Source: Nitrospira sp. (GTDB taxonomy: Bacteria > Nitrospirota > Nitrospiria > Nitrospirales > Nitrospiraceae). Taken from it: a stretch of 64,000 nt of DNA. Made by a program: the position numbers and the translations under genes. The notes under the pieces were generated by a model. That model ran no database searches, was not told where the DNA came from, and saw nothing but the letters and a program-made list of their open reading frames with translations. Below, piece by piece: positions 28,669 to 38,979 of this stretch. Numbering within the stretch: the first letter of the stretch is position 1; the number at the start of each line of letters is the position of its first letter. The stretch covers positions 928,001 through 992,000 of the forward strand of contig AP038806.1 of NCBI GenBank assembly GCA_047150005.1, written 5' to 3'.

Positions 28669-31600
28669 TCACGCGGCAATCTCTCCGCAAAGCACCTCTG
28701 CTTGCTCCATAACAGTCTGCGTCGCCTTCTCCTGCTTGTCCGGCGGATAGCCATACTTGCGGAGAATTCGTTTCACAATGACTCGAAGCTGGGCGCGGAC
28801 ATTTTCCCTAACCGTCCAGTCGATCGTGATGTTCTTCCGCACGGCATCGGCCACTTCTCGTGCGATGGTCCGCAACGTTTCATCTCCAAGGACCTTCACC
28901 GCACTGTCGTTGGTTTCGAGCGCGTCGTAGAATGCCATCTCTTCCTCGGTCAGACCCAGCCGTTCCCCTCGTTCATGAGCGCGGCGCATGTCCTTGGCCA
29001 ATCCGATCATTTCTTCGATGACCTGCGCGGCTTCTATGGCCCGGTTTTGGTACTTTCGCACCGCCTGCTCCAACATCTCTGCAAAAGACTTCGCTTGGAC
29101 CACATTCTTGCGTGATCGCACTTTGATCTCTCCGCTGAGCAGCTTCCGCAACAGTTCGACCGCCAAGTTCTTCTGAGGCATCCCACGCACTTCGGCGAGG
29201 AACTCGTCAGAGAGAATTGATAGATCCGGCTTCTTGAGCCCAGCAGCAGCAAAGATGTCCACGATCTCGTCGGATATCACTGCCTTTGAAATGATCTGGC
29301 GGATGGCATAGTCGAGATCTTCGTCGGTCTTGTGCTCGCCCAGCGTGCTTTTCGCCAACACTGAGCGCACGGCTTGAAAGAATCCCACATCATCTCGAAT
29401 CCGGAACGTCTCATCGTGCGGGACAGCAAGAGCAAATGCCTGTGAGAGTTCTGTCACGGCCTGTAGGAGGCGCGCCTTTCCATCTTGCTGTTTCAAAATG
29501 TGTTCCTGCGCCGCAGGCAAGACCGACAGTCGCTCTTGCGGTTTGCCGGTCATCCATGGCGACCAGTCAAAAGCATGAAAGAGGCCTCGACAGATCTCAT
29601 ACTTCTCCAGCATCACCGCAACGGCCTCCGCCTGGTCAATCGCCGTCTTCCCCGTCCCACCGCTTTCTGTGTAGGTGGCAAGAGCCTGCTTGAGTTCGTC
29701 GGCAAGGCCAAGGTAGTCCACGACCAATCCACCAGGCTTATCTTTGAACACGCGGTTCACACGGGCAATGGTCTGCATCAGCCCATGTCCGCGCATCGGC
29801 TTATCGACGTACATCGTATGTAGACTCGGCGCGTCAAACCCGGTCAGCCACATATCCCGAACGATAACTAGCCTGAACGGATCCTTGGGAGCACGAAACC
29901 GGAGCGCCATGTCCTCGCGGCGTTTCTTATTCCTGATATGGCCCTGCCACTCGATCAGGTCGGAGGCTGAGCCGGTCATAATCACTTTCATCGACCCTTG
30001 GTCATCCGCATCGGCATGCCATTGTGGGCGCAGGGCAGCAATCTCTCGATACAGCTCCACACAGATCCGTCGGCTCATGCACACCACCATCGCCTTACCA
30101 TCCATTGTCGCCAGACGATCTTCGAAATGATCGACGAGGTCCCGCGCGATCAATTTGATTCGATTCTCCGATCCCACCACGGCTTCCAGTTGTGCCCACT
30201 TGGTTTTGAGCTTCTCCTTACGCTCGACTTCCTCGCCCTCGGTCGCCTCTTCAAATTTGGGGTCAATCTTTGGCCGCTCGGATGCTTTCAGTTCGAGCTT
30301 TGCCAGCCGGCTCTCGTAGTAGATGGGAACCGTTGCCTTGTCAACAACCGCCCGCTGGATGTCGTAGATACTGATGTAGTCGCCAAAGACCGCTCTGGTA
30401 TTGGCATCAGTCTTTTCGATTGGTGTTCCGGTGAAGCCGATGAACGAGGCATTTGGTAACGCATCACGCATGTGCCGTGCAAAGCCGTCGATGAAATCGT
30501 ACTGGCTGCGATGCGCCTCATCGGCAATCACGACGATGTTGCGGCGATCAGACAAGACTGGCATGCGCCAGTCTCCCACACCCTCCGCTTCGCTCCCCCC
30601 TCTCCCACTGGGAGAGGGCTGGGATGAGGGTACATTTTCCCCTTCTCCCTTTGGGAGAGGGGTCAGGGATGAGGGTGCATTTCCCCCTTCTCCCTTTGGG
30701 AGAGGGGTCGGGGGTGAGGGTGCCGCCGCAGGCGGCATGAACTTCTGGATGGTGGTAAACACCACGCCTCCAGAAGCCACGCTCAACTTTGCCCGCAAGT
30801 CAGCCCGGTCGGTCGCCTGAACAGGGTCTTGGCGAAGGAGGTCACGACACCGAGCAAATGTACCGAAGAGTTGATCATCAAGGTCATTGCGATCCGTGAG
30901 CACGACGATGGTTGGGTTGGCCATCGTTGGGTGCAGGATGACCCGCCCCGCATAGAAGGCCATCGTCAGGCTCTTCCCCGATCCCTGTGTATGCCATACC
31001 ACACCAACCCGACGATCGCCTGGTTCACCACCTGGCTGATGCCCAGACTTGTATTGCCCCAAAGACTCGGCGGCTCGATGCTCTGCCAGTTTGCGAGAAG
31101 CCCGTAACGTTTCCTCGACCGCCACATTCACCGCATGGAACTGATGGTAGCCCGCCATCTTCTTAATAAGCTTCCCATGGCCTTCGTCTTCAAAGACAAT
31201 GAAATGCCGCACGAGATCGAGAAACCGCCGCTTCTCGAACACACCTTCTAAGAGAACTTGTAATTCGGTGAGTTTCGATGGAGCGTCCTCCCGCCCGCCG
31301 ATCGTTCGCCAGGGCTTAAACCATTCCTTCCCAGCCCCAAGAGTTCCGATACGAGCCTGGACACCGTCAGAAATAATCAGCGCCGCATTGGTTGCGAAGA
31401 AGGAGGGAATCTGTGCCTGGTAGGTCTGGAGCTGCTGGTAGGCACTCCAAATCGTGGCGTCTTCGTCAGCGGGGTTCTTCAGCTCAATCACCGCCAGCGG
31501 TAACCCGTTCACGAACAGCACCACGTCAGGCCGGCGCATGTGTTGCCCTTCGGCAACCGTGAACTGGTTGACGGCGAGCCAGTCATTTGCGCCTGGGTTA

Positions 31601-32013
31601 TCGAAATCGATGACCCGAACGATTCCCCATCGGCGCAAACCCTCACCCTTCGCTTCACTTCTCCCTCTCCCAATGGGAGAGGATTGGGGTGAGGGTTGAA
31701 GGTATTCCACAGGGATACCTTCAATAAGCATCCGGTGCACGGCACGGTTACGGTCTATCAACGTCGCCGCGTCCGTCCTGGTCAGCTTTCGGAAGGCGTC
31801 TTCCAGCGCTTCAGTCGGCAGGTCGGGATTCAGGCGCACGAGCGCCTGGCGCAGCCGTCGCTCAAGTAAGACATCACGGCAGTTCGGATCGCTGCGCTCA
31901 GCACCTGGGATGCTTGCTGCGATTTCGGGGCCGTGCAGGACGGAATAGCCGAGAGACTCCAGCCAGGCGAGGGCGGCGTCTTCGACGACGGATTCGGAGA
32001 ATGCCTTGGTCAC
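28669..32013 (-). CDS. hsdR: Type I restriction endonuclease subunit R
   Basis: [60 protein letters not shown] start. Confidence 0.97.
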   Translation of the reverse strand: MTKAFSESVVEDAALAWLESLGYSVLHGPEIAASIPGAERSDPNCRDVLLERRLRQALVRLNPDLPTEALEDAFRKLTRTDAATLIDRNRAVHRMLIEGIPVEYLQPSPQSSPIGRGRSEAKGEGLRRWGIVRVIDFDNPGANDWLAVNQFTVAEGQHMRRPDVVLFVNGLPLAVIELKNPADEDATIWSAYQQLQTYQAQIPSFFATNAALIISDGVQARIGTLGAGKEWFKPWRTIGGREDAPSKLTELQVLLEGVFEKRRFLDLVRHFIVFEDEGHGKLIKKMAGYHQFHAVNVAVEETLRASRKLAEHRAAESLGQYKSGHQPGGEPGDRRVGVVWHTQGSGKSLTMAFYAGRVILHPTMANPTIVVLTDRNDLDDQLFGTFARCRDLLRQDPVQATDRADLRAKLSVASGGVVFTTIQKFMPPAAAPSPPTPLPKGEGGNAPSSLTPLPKGEGENVPSSQPSPSGRGGSEAEGVGDWRMPVLSDRRNIVVIADEAHRSQYDFIDGFARHMRDALPNASFIGFTGTPIEKTDANTRAVFGDYISIYDIQRAVVDKATVPIYYESRLAKLELKASERPKIDPKFEEATEGEEVERKEKLKTKWAQLEAVVGSENRIKLIARDLVDHFEDRLATMDGKAMVVCMSRRICVELYREIAALRPQWHADADDQGSMKVIMTGSASDLIEWQGHIRNKKRREDMALRFRAPKDPFRLVIVRDMWLTGFDAPSLHTMYVDKPMRGHGLMQTIARVNRVFKDKPGGLVVDYLGLADELKQALATYTESGGTGKTAIDQAEAVAVMLEKYEICRGLFHAFDWSPWMTGKPQERLSVLPAAQEHILKQQDGKARLLQAVTELSQAFALAVPHDETFRIRDDVGFFQAVRSVLAKSTLGEHKTDEDLDYAIRQIISKAVISDEIVDIFAAAGLKKPDLSILSDEFLAEVRGMPQKNLAVELLRKLLSGEIKVRSRKNVVQAKSFAEMLEQAVRKYQNRAIEAAQVIEEMIGLAKDMRRAHERGERLGLTEEEMAFYDALETNDSAVKVLGDETLRTIAREVADAVRKNITIDWTVRENVRAQLRVIVKRILRKYGYPPDKQEKATQTVMEQAEVLCGEIAA
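30575..30720. repeat. Three CCYTCTCCC-N3-GGGAGAGGG palindromes in frame in hsdR
   Basis: Encodes [37 protein letters not shown] between TTIQKF and DEAH. Confidence 0.9.
31640..31695. repeat. CCCTCTCCC palindromic repeat in frame in hsdR N-terminus
   Basis: ccctcaccc...ccctctcccaatgggagaggattggggtgaggg, encoding [19 protein letters not shown]. Confidence 0.9.
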
Positions 32014-33256
32014 GGCACCTCCCAGAGTGCGCGGAGAGGCACGGCGTACATTGAATCGCCAAGGCCCGCACTCATCTCGCCGTCATATAGCACGACCCCG
32101 CAGGCAAAGCGCTTACCCACGGTCTCCTTGAGCTTGCGCAAGCCACGAAAGTCAGCAGCGGTCACAGTGGCGGAGGCCTTCACTTCCACGCCCGCTACTG
32201 CCCGTGCGCCACGCTCAATGACGACATCCACTTCATAGCCGTCCCGGTCGCGGAGATAGAAAAACGATAGTGGATCATCATGCCAACTTGCCTGCCGCTT
32301 GAGCTCCTGGAAGACGAAGGTTTCCACAAGTTGGCCAAGCAGCGTTCGATCCGCCTTGAGGGCGACCGCGTCGGCGCCCAGCAGCGCGCACGCAAGCCCC
32401 GGATCGCCGAGGTGCAGCCTTGGCGTCTTGACGAGCCGGCTCAGACGGTTGCTGTGCCAGGGCGGCAGCTCTTCCAACAGGAACACGCGTGTGAGGAGCG
32501 TGAGGTAGTCTCGGATCGTCGGGCGGCTCAACTGAAAAGGCGCCGCCAAATCCGCGATGTTGAGGAGGCGCGCCGTTTGCGCAGCCGCCAGCGCAAGCAG
32601 GCGCGGCAACGCGTCCAGCGAGCCGATGCGGGCGAGTTCGCGTACGTCGCGCTGCACGATCGTCTCGATGTAGTCCTGATACCACTTGGCCCGCCGACGA
32701 CCAGCCGGAAGGGACAAAGCCGCGGGGTAACCGCCGGCGGCAATCCGTTCGGGGAGCGCGGACCCTAGCCGTGCCCAACGCTGCACCCTGAATCCTTGGC
32801 CGAACAGGCTGTCGAGAAGGCCGGGACCCGTCGTGCCAACTCGCACTGCGCAAGTGGGTGCAATCGCAAAATGGCCATGCGGCCGGCCAGCGAGTCGGCC
32901 AGCTTCGGCAGGAGCAAGACGTTCGCCGAGCCGGTGAGCAGAAAACGGCCGGGGACGCGTTCGCGGTCGATGGCCGCCTTCAACGCAGCGAACAGGTGCG
33001 GCACATGTTGCACCTCGTCGAGCACCACCCGCCGCGGGAGGTCGGCCACGAACCCCACGGGATCAGCCACGGCCACGTTGCGGGTCACCTCATCGTCGAA
33101 AGTCATGTATGTGTAGCCCGCCCGTGTACCGACGGTCTGAGCGAGGGTTGTCTTGCCGCACTGGCGGGGCCCGTGGATCAGCACTGCCGGTGCATCGGCG
33201 AGGGCTTCGGTCAAACGTGGCTCGGCGAAACGGGGGTAGAGGGTGCGGTCCGGCAT
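32010..33256 (-). pseudogene. AAA_14-DUF4143 ATPase, frameshifted near 32815
   Basis: GPRQCGKTT, LDEVQ and LLTGSA in one frame; GGYP, ETFVFQEL and EVDVV..GVEVK in another; one extra base would give PAFLDSL. Confidence 0.8.
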
Positions 33257-33333
33257 CGGCTGATCGTAAGCCGATCCATCGGCTGATTGCAAGGTTCAAG
33301 GTCGGCTGATTGAAAGGTTGAAAAACGGCTGAT
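33257..33333. repeat. Four CGGCTGAT boxes at exact 23-bp spacing upstream of the AAA-DUF4143 gene
   Basis: Box starts at 33257, 33280, 33303 and 33326. Confidence 0.85.
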
Positions 33334-33384
33334 CGAAACCTTTCACGCGGGTACGCGAGGGGGTGCCCCGCACCGGAGCCGTTG

Positions 33385-33531
33385 TTAGTTCAGCTGCTTG
33401 TGGTCCGTGCGCTCCGCCGCCGGCTCGCCAACCGCAATCTCCAGGCCGTGGAGCACGTCATAGCCCAGCGCTTCAAGCCAAGCGAGAGCGGCGTCTTCGA
33501 CGACGGATTCGGAGAATGGTAGTGGGGACAT
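33385..33531 (-). pseudogene. Truncated duplicate of the hsdR 5' end (48 aa)
   Basis: [38 protein letters not shown]; 33488-33518 is identical to 31973-32003 over 31 bp. Confidence 0.9.
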
Positions 33532-33654
33532 CCCTCAGACCTAATTGAGCCAAAATAAAGAACCGACAGTTTTCCAATGACTTAGAGATGTTAGCTCTGA
33601 GAACTCTGGTTCTGATCTAAATGAGCTCAGGCCCAGAATGGCAAGTGGTGGCCA

Positions 33655-35064
33655 TTACGAAACCCTCGCCTCAATGAACCTCTCTGCGTCCTTTATCTGC
33701 AGCTCGCCGGAGATGAGTTTAGGCAAGAGCGTGTCGCGCAGGGCAACGAGTGTGCGGGATTCGCGCCGACATTCGAGGGTTCGCGCGAGCAGGCCTTCTG
33801 ACGTGCGATCGAACGCTGCAACGATGGACGAAGGAGGAAGGACGACCGGAAGGTTGAGAATCGCCTCGACTTGCGCCCGCTGATGGCTCTTCGACGTTCC
33901 CGTTACGAGACTCTCAATCTGCTGCCGAAAGAACGGCGAGCGCGCGAGGCAGTACACAAAGCTTCGCGTGAACGGTGGATGCGCACTTAGCACAAGGAAC
34001 TCCGTCGAGCAGACCGATCGATCGGTCGAGCCGACATCAACGAGCCATACCCGCTCGAGCTCGGGATTGAGTTTGGAAAGCAAGACGACGCCAGCCGGAA
34101 CGCGTGACTTAAGGCTCTTGATGCTCTCGCCGTACTCCAGCTTCGGAGTCTGTCCCTCGTCGAACGCTGGAATGCTGAAGTGACGGAAAAGTACATCTGG
34201 TGATAAACCAGGGTTTACCTGATCCCTTAGCTGATCCACCACGTCGCCGAATCGGCCAACCTCCCAGCCCTTGGGAGTCTCCCCCAGCTCCGAGTCCTCG
34301 AAGGAATCTGGGAACAAGTGGTCGTAGGCTTCGCCTGCGCCCACACCCTCACCCTGGTCCTCTCCCAGCGGGAGAGGGTGGAAGAGTGCTTCGCTCACAC
34401 CCTCACCCCCAGCCCCTCTCCCACTGGGAGAGGGTGGCCGAAGGCCGGGTGAGGGTTGATTTCGAGCACGGGCGGCGTTTCGCCGTACGGGATCGAAATC
34501 AATGAACCACGACTTGAACAGCGCACGTGCCATGGTCTCAAGCGTCTCGTTCATCTGCCGGTTTAGCTCGATCTTGTCGTCCAGCGTGCCGAGGATGTGG
34601 GCAATGGCATGTTGCACACCTAGCGGCGGAAAAGGTAGTGCTTGCGAGCCGAACGAATCTCGGCTTAGCGTCGGATTCGACGTCCCATCTTTGAGGTGAT
34701 TGAGGCCAATGTGCTTGATCAAGAAGTATGCGTACTTGAGGTCAACATCCGATCGACGAGGCATCAAGGAGTAAGCAGTATCGATGACCCAATAGTCATC
34801 AGAAGACCACTCAACGCCAAGTGGCCCTTGCCCTTTGCGGCCGAGGATGACGCCCGGCCCCTTGAAAAGGGCTTCATCGTGGCTTCCGCAGCGTCCGTTA
34901 GTCCCGTACACGGGAACAGAACCGGACCGACGAAGAGACTCCACAAGCGCTCTCCCATAACGAAGTTCGAATAGATCTCTGCTCGCGATTAGAGGCCAAC
35001 GAATCTGATCAACAGGCGGGAGACCGCGTGGCGCTGTGGTGCCAGGTGGTAGGCTAACTGCCAT
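33655..35064 (-). CDS. hsdS: Type I restriction specificity subunit S
   Basis: Two TRDs; ILGTLDDKIELNRQMNETLE..LFKSWF, ELGETPKGW, LRDTLLPKLISGEL; start at MAVS. Confidence 0.93.
   Translation of the reverse strand: MAVSLPPGTTAPRGLPPVDQIRWPLIASRDLFELRYGRALVESLRRSGSVPVYGTNGRCGSHDEALFKGPGVILGRKGQGPLGVEWSSDDYWVIDTAYSLMPRRSDVDLKYAYFLIKHIGLNHLKDGTSNPTLSRDSFGSQALPFPPLGVQHAIAHILGTLDDKIELNRQMNETLETMARALFKSWFIDFDPVRRNAARARNQPSPGLRPPSPSGRGAGGEGVSEALFHPLPLGEDQGEGVGAGEAYDHLFPDSFEDSELGETPKGWEVGRFGDVVDQLRDQVNPGLSPDVLFRHFSIPAFDEGQTPKLEYGESIKSLKSRVPAGVVLLSKLNPELERVWLVDVGSTDRSVCSTEFLVLSAHPPFTRSFVYCLARSPFFRQQIESLVTGTSKSHQRAQVEAILNLPVVLPPSSIVAAFDRTSEGLLARTLECRRESRTLVALRDTLLPKLISGELQIKDAERFIEARVS
34346..34455. 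repeat. Two CCTCTCCC palindromes in frame in the central region of hsdS
   Basis: Encodes [31 protein letters not shown]. Confidence 0.9.
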
Positions 35065-35160
35065 ACGCAATTTCCTGCAAGTTGGCAGCGATGGCAGCGT
35101 CCAGATTCGCCATTTTCTCTTGCTGCTCGCCCGGCGTCGTGCTGACCCGCTTCATTTCTT
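35054..35160 (-). repeat. Diverged duplicate of the hsdM 3' end
   Basis: Translates [34 protein letters not shown], compared with Hsd[35 protein letters not shown]. Confidence 0.85.
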
Positions 35161-36321
35161 CCTCACCCGCCCAGCCGGTTTCACCGATCGTGGGGCCCGC
35201 CCAGCCAATTCCGCCTCGATCTCTTCCACCGTGGGTAGCGCCGACTGTAGCTCCTTCGGCAGCGCCCGCGTGAGTTCATACGTCGAGATGCCGATCGGTT
35301 TGTCGATGCCGGCAAAACTGTATTCGGCGAGCAGATGATCCTTTGTCTGGCATAGGATGAGGCCGATGGTCGGGGCGTCGGTCGCGTGCTTGAGCCGGTC
35401 GTTGACGACGTTGCAATAGAAGTTCAGCTTGCCGGCGTACTCGGGTTTGAACTTGCCCTTCTTCAAGTCGATGACGATGAAGGCGCGCAGGCGCAGGTGG
35501 TAGAAGAGCAGGTCGATATAGAAATCTTCGTTGCCCACGTCGAGCCGATATTGCCGGGCGACGAAGGCGAAGCCCTGGCCGAGTTCGAGCAGAAACTTCT
35601 CGAGGTGGCGGACAAGTTCGGTTTCGAGCTCGCGTTCCTGGAACGGCTCAGCGAGGGTGAGAAAATCGAAGATGTAGGGGTCTTTGAGCGTCTGCTGGAC
35701 GAGGTCGGACTGCGGCGTGGGGAGCATGGTGGCGAAATTGGAGACGGCCTTGCCATGGCGAGCGTGGGCCTGCGCGTCGATTTGCAGGGCGAGGATGTTG
35801 CGGCTCCAGCCGTTGGCGAGTGTCTGCTCCATGTACCAGCGGCGCGTCGGGAGGTCCTTGATCTTCTCGATTAGAATGACGTGGTGAAACCACGGGATCA
35901 ACCAGAGCAGCGAATCAACAGGGTGCGTTCCTGGCGCAGACGGTAATTTGGCCGCAGGCGGCGGCAAGTTTCCGGGGGACGACAATTTTGCCGCAGGCGG
36001 CGGCGAAATTGTGGCCGGCTCGGAGTACTCGCGATAGAAGGCGATCATGCGACCGATGTTTCGCTCGGAAAATCCCTTCAATTCCGGCAACTCGTTCTTC
36101 AGTTCCAACGCCAGCCGCGGAATGACGGCGGCGCCCCAGCCTTCGCGCCTCTGGCGTTCGTCGATGATGCGCCCGATATCCCAGTAGAGACGGACGAGCT
36201 CGGCGTTGACCGCGAGCATCGCACGGGTCTGGGCCGCCTGGATTCGGCCTTTGACCTCGGTAACCAGGGCCGCGAAGCCGGAACGGATGATGGTTGCTTC
36301 GCGCGGCCGCTTACCTGCCAT
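35152..36321 (-). CDS. DUF1016/YhcG PD-(D/E)XK nuclease domain protein
   Basis: [46 protein letters not shown]. Confidence 0.93.
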   Translation of the reverse strand: MAGKRPREATIIRSGFAALVTEVKGRIQAAQTRAMLAVNAELVRLYWDIGRIIDERQRREGWGAAVIPRLALELKNELPELKGFSERNIGRMIAFYREYSEPATISPPPAAKLSSPGNLPPPAAKLPSAPGTHPVDSLLWLIPWFHHVILIEKIKDLPTRRWYMEQTLANGWSRNILALQIDAQAHARHGKAVSNFATMLPTPQSDLVQQTLKDPYIFDFLTLAEPFQERELETELVRHLEKFLLELGQGFAFVARQYRLDVGNEDFYIDLLFYHLRLRAFIVIDLKKGKFKPEYAGKLNFYCNVVNDRLKHATDAPTIGLILCQTKDHLLAEYSFAGIDKPIGISTYELTRALPKELQSALPTVEEIEAELAGRAPRSVKPAGRVRKK

Positions 36322-38005
36322 ACCCCAGCTCCTTCAGGTTGGCGGCAATGGCAGCATCAAGCTTTGCGGCCTCGGCTTGCTGCTTGCGCAATGTCGCAGT
36401 GAGCCGTTTCATCTTCTCCTCGAACGGCTCGGCATCCTCCTCCTGTGCCTCAGCGCCGACATAGCGGCCCGGCGTGAGCACATGGCCGTGCTTGCGGATG
36501 TCCTCCAGCGTTGCGGAATAGCAAAAGCCTGGAATGTTTTCGTAGATCGTTCGCCCTTCGACATGCTCGGGACGAACGGCTTCCTTATCCCCTCGCCACA
36601 AATGATACATGCCGGCAATCTTGGCGATGTCCTCATCGCTCAGCTCTCGATGGACCCGGTCAATCAGCCTGCCCATTTTGCGCGCATCGATGAACAATAC
36701 CTCGCCCCGTCGGTCTCGGTATCCCTCACCCCTGGCCCCTCTCCCACTGGGAGAGGGGGGCCGAAGGCCGGGCGAGGGTTTGCCGCTCTTGTCGCGGCCA
36801 ATGAACCAGAGGCACACCGGAATCTGTGTCGAGTAAAACAATTGACCCGGCAGCGCCACCATGCAATCCACAAGGTCGGCCTCGATGATGGCCTTACGAA
36901 TCTCGCCCTCACCCGACTGGTTGGACGACATCGAGCCGTTGGCAAGCACGAAGCCTGCGAGCCCGGTGGGCGCCAGGTGATGGATGAAGTGCTGCATCCA
37001 GGCATAGTTGGCATTGCCTGTAGGCGGGATGCCATAGACCCACCGCTTGTCGTCCTTGAGCAGCTCTCCGCGCCAGTCGCTGTCGTTGAAGGGCGGATTG
37101 GCCAGCACGTAGTCAGCCTTGAGGTCAGGGTGTTTGTCGTTGTGAAAGGTGTCACCGTGGCCGATCTGCGCATCGATCCCACGGATCGCGAGGTTCATCT
37201 TGGCGAGTCGCCACGTCGTATAGTTCGACTCTTGGCCGTAGATGGAGATGTCGCCGAGCTTGCCGCTGTGGGCCTCAATGAACTTTTCGCTGCTGACAAA
37301 CATGCCACCAGATCCGCAGCAGGGGTCGTAGACGCGACCTTTGTAGGGCGCAAGCATTTCGACCAGCACACGCACCACTCTTGATGGGGTATAGAACTGC
37401 CCGCCCTTCTTGCCCTCGGCGCTGGCGAATTGCGCAAGAAAGTATTCATAAACGCGCCCCAGAATATCCATGGCGCGTTTACCCTCACCCCTGTCCCCTC
37501 TCCCACTGGGAGAGGGGTGGCCATCAGGCCGGGATGAGGGTTGACGCATGTCAATGTCGCTCACCAAGTTGATGAGTTGACCAAGCCGCTGCTTGTCGAG
37601 CCCTGGACGGGCATAGTCTTTAGGCAGCACTCCTTTGAGCGATGGGTTATCTCGCTCGATGGCACTCATCGCATCATCGATAATCGCGCCGATGGTCGGT
37701 TGAGGGGCGTTCGCCTTGAGATGTGACCAGCGGGCTTCCTTCGGCACCCAGAAGATACTCGCAGCCTTGTATTCGTCGGGATCCTCCGGATCAGCCCCTT
37801 TCTTTTGCTCTGACTCAAGCTCAGCGTGCTTCGCTTCGAACGCGTCGGAAATGTACTTGAGGAATATCAGTCCCAGGACGACGTGCTTGTACTCCGCCGC
37901 ATCCATGTTGTTACGCAGCGCGTCGGCGGCCGCCCATAGCTTGGCCTCTAGCGCTACTGCCCCGCCGTTCTTAGCCTTCTCCGATTCTTTCTTCACTTTC
38001 GGCAT
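36311..38005 (-). CDS. hsdM: Type I DNA methyltransferase subunit M (m6A)
   Basis: [38 protein letters not shown]. Confidence 0.97.
   Translation of the reverse strand: MPKVKKESEKAKNGGAVALEAKLWAAADALRNNMDAAEYKHVVLGLIFLKYISDAFEAKHAELESEQKKGADPEDPDEYKAASIFWVPKEARWSHLKANAPQPTIGAIIDDAMSAIERDNPSLKGVLPKDYARPGLDKQRLGQLINLVSDIDMRQPSSRPDGHPSPSGRGDRGEGKRAMDILGRVYEYFLAQFASAEGKKGGQFYTPSRVVRVLVEMLAPYKGRVYDPCCGSGGMFVSSEKFIEAHSGKLGDISIYGQESNYTTWRLAKMNLAIRGIDAQIGHGDTFHNDKHPDLKADYVLANPPFNDSDWRGELLKDDKRWVYGIPPTGNANYAWMQHFIHHLAPTGLAGFVLANGSMSSNQSGEGEIRKAIIEADLVDCMVALPGQLFYSTQIPVCLWFIGRDKSGKPSPGLRPPSPSGRGARGEGYRDRRGEVLFIDARKMGRLIDRVHRELSDEDIAKIAGMYHLWRGDKEAVRPEHVEGRTIYENIPGFCYSATLEDIRKHGHVLTPGRYVGAEAQEEDAEPFEEKMKRLTATLRKQQAEAAKLDAAIAANLKELGYGR
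36548..36578. repeat. CGTTCG-CCCTTCGACATGCTCGGGA-CGAACG palindromic element in frame in hsdM
   Basis: Encodes [10 protein letters not shown]; related copy at 21992-22013. Confidence 0.7.
36723..36778. repeat. CCCTCTCCC palindrome in frame in hsdM (C-terminal site)
   Basis: Encodes [19 protein letters not shown]. Confidence 0.9.
37482..37540. repeat. CCCTCTCCC palindrome in frame in hsdM (N-terminal site)
   Basis: Encodes [20 protein letters not shown]. Confidence 0.9.
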
Positions 38006-38525
38006 GCACAATTCTCCGATGATCTAGAAACAGAAGGTACAAGGCCTGTCTTTATCCCGTCGAGCGACGAATCCGCAATCGGGACGAAGGAATGACGTGT
38101 TATGGAATGGCGTTGAACACTTAGATGTCGGCATGCCCCAATGCCTCATCCAGAACTGACTGGTGCGACAAACGACAATTAGCGGAATCCCTTACCTAGT
38201 TTTGTTTCGGAATGCAATCATTCTGACGGTGGGTCTGACTTGTGGCCGGTTTCTAAGACCAGAGCGCTCGTATTTCTACCGGCGGACCGGCGGAGGGTTA
38301 CGGATACGAAGGGAGTGATGGGAGTTTCGGATTTGTGATTTGGAGCTTCGGATTTACCTGGGAACCAGGAGCGGGTGGCGTGGTGACCGGCTTGATCGCG
38401 CGCAACGGAAGGGACCCACTGGGGGATGAGTGGAGTGAGCACGTCAAGCCGGTCATCACGACCGGACCGGCAAAAGTGGGGGCACTCATTCCTTGATCAG
38501 GACTCAATGCCGAGGAGAAGATCTC

Positions 38526-38594
38526 GCCTGGCTTCCCGCTTGCGCGGGAATGACAAACTTCAGTGCGTCTGGATGGCACACTGACCCACTACCG
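38526..38594 (-). repeat. Palindromic element copy 2, left arm of a ~65-bp inverted repeat
   Basis: ggcttcccgcttgcgcgggaatgacaaacttcagtgcgtctggatggcacactgacccactacc, inverted relative to 39629-39692. Confidence 0.8.
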
Positions 38595-38979
38595 AAGGTG
38601 AGCCGCCGCTCCGACCTTCAACGGCGTGGCCTGTACTGTTCGAGTCGTTTCGACGAGTTTACAGGCCACGAACGGACGAGGTTTAGCTGGGTACGCGCGG
38701 AGGTGGAGAGCGGCGAGGATCGTGACCACGCTACTCTTGTCTTCCCATCCTCCCCTCCCCCGCTGCTGAAATCTACCGGGCGGGCAGCCGGGCGGAATCG
38801 CCCGCCGCCTTGCCGGAGAGGCCGGGACACAACTCGCCGAAGCGAGAGGCGCTTGCTCTTCTGTAGCAAGCGCGAAGACTGCACTGTTTGAGCCAGCCAC
38901 TGGCGAGTTTGCAGGATTCAGCGAGCGAGGTCTAGTTGGGTGGCATCTCAGGTGGGCGGCGGAGATTCCGCCTGGCTGC

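Noticed and set aside
33257..33333. Possible mini-CRISPR array
   Set aside because: The 8-bp repeats with a 23-bp period and similar spacers do not fit CRISPR dimensions, and there are no cas genes.
26560..38600. Prophage, ICE or IS as the vehicle of the island
   Set aside because: No integrase, transposase, phage or conjugation gene and no tRNA att site were recognised.
38600..38975. RNase P RNA, tmRNA or SRP RNA
   Set aside because: No GAGGAAAGTCC or other hallmark motif was found on either strand, and there are no tRNA-like ends.
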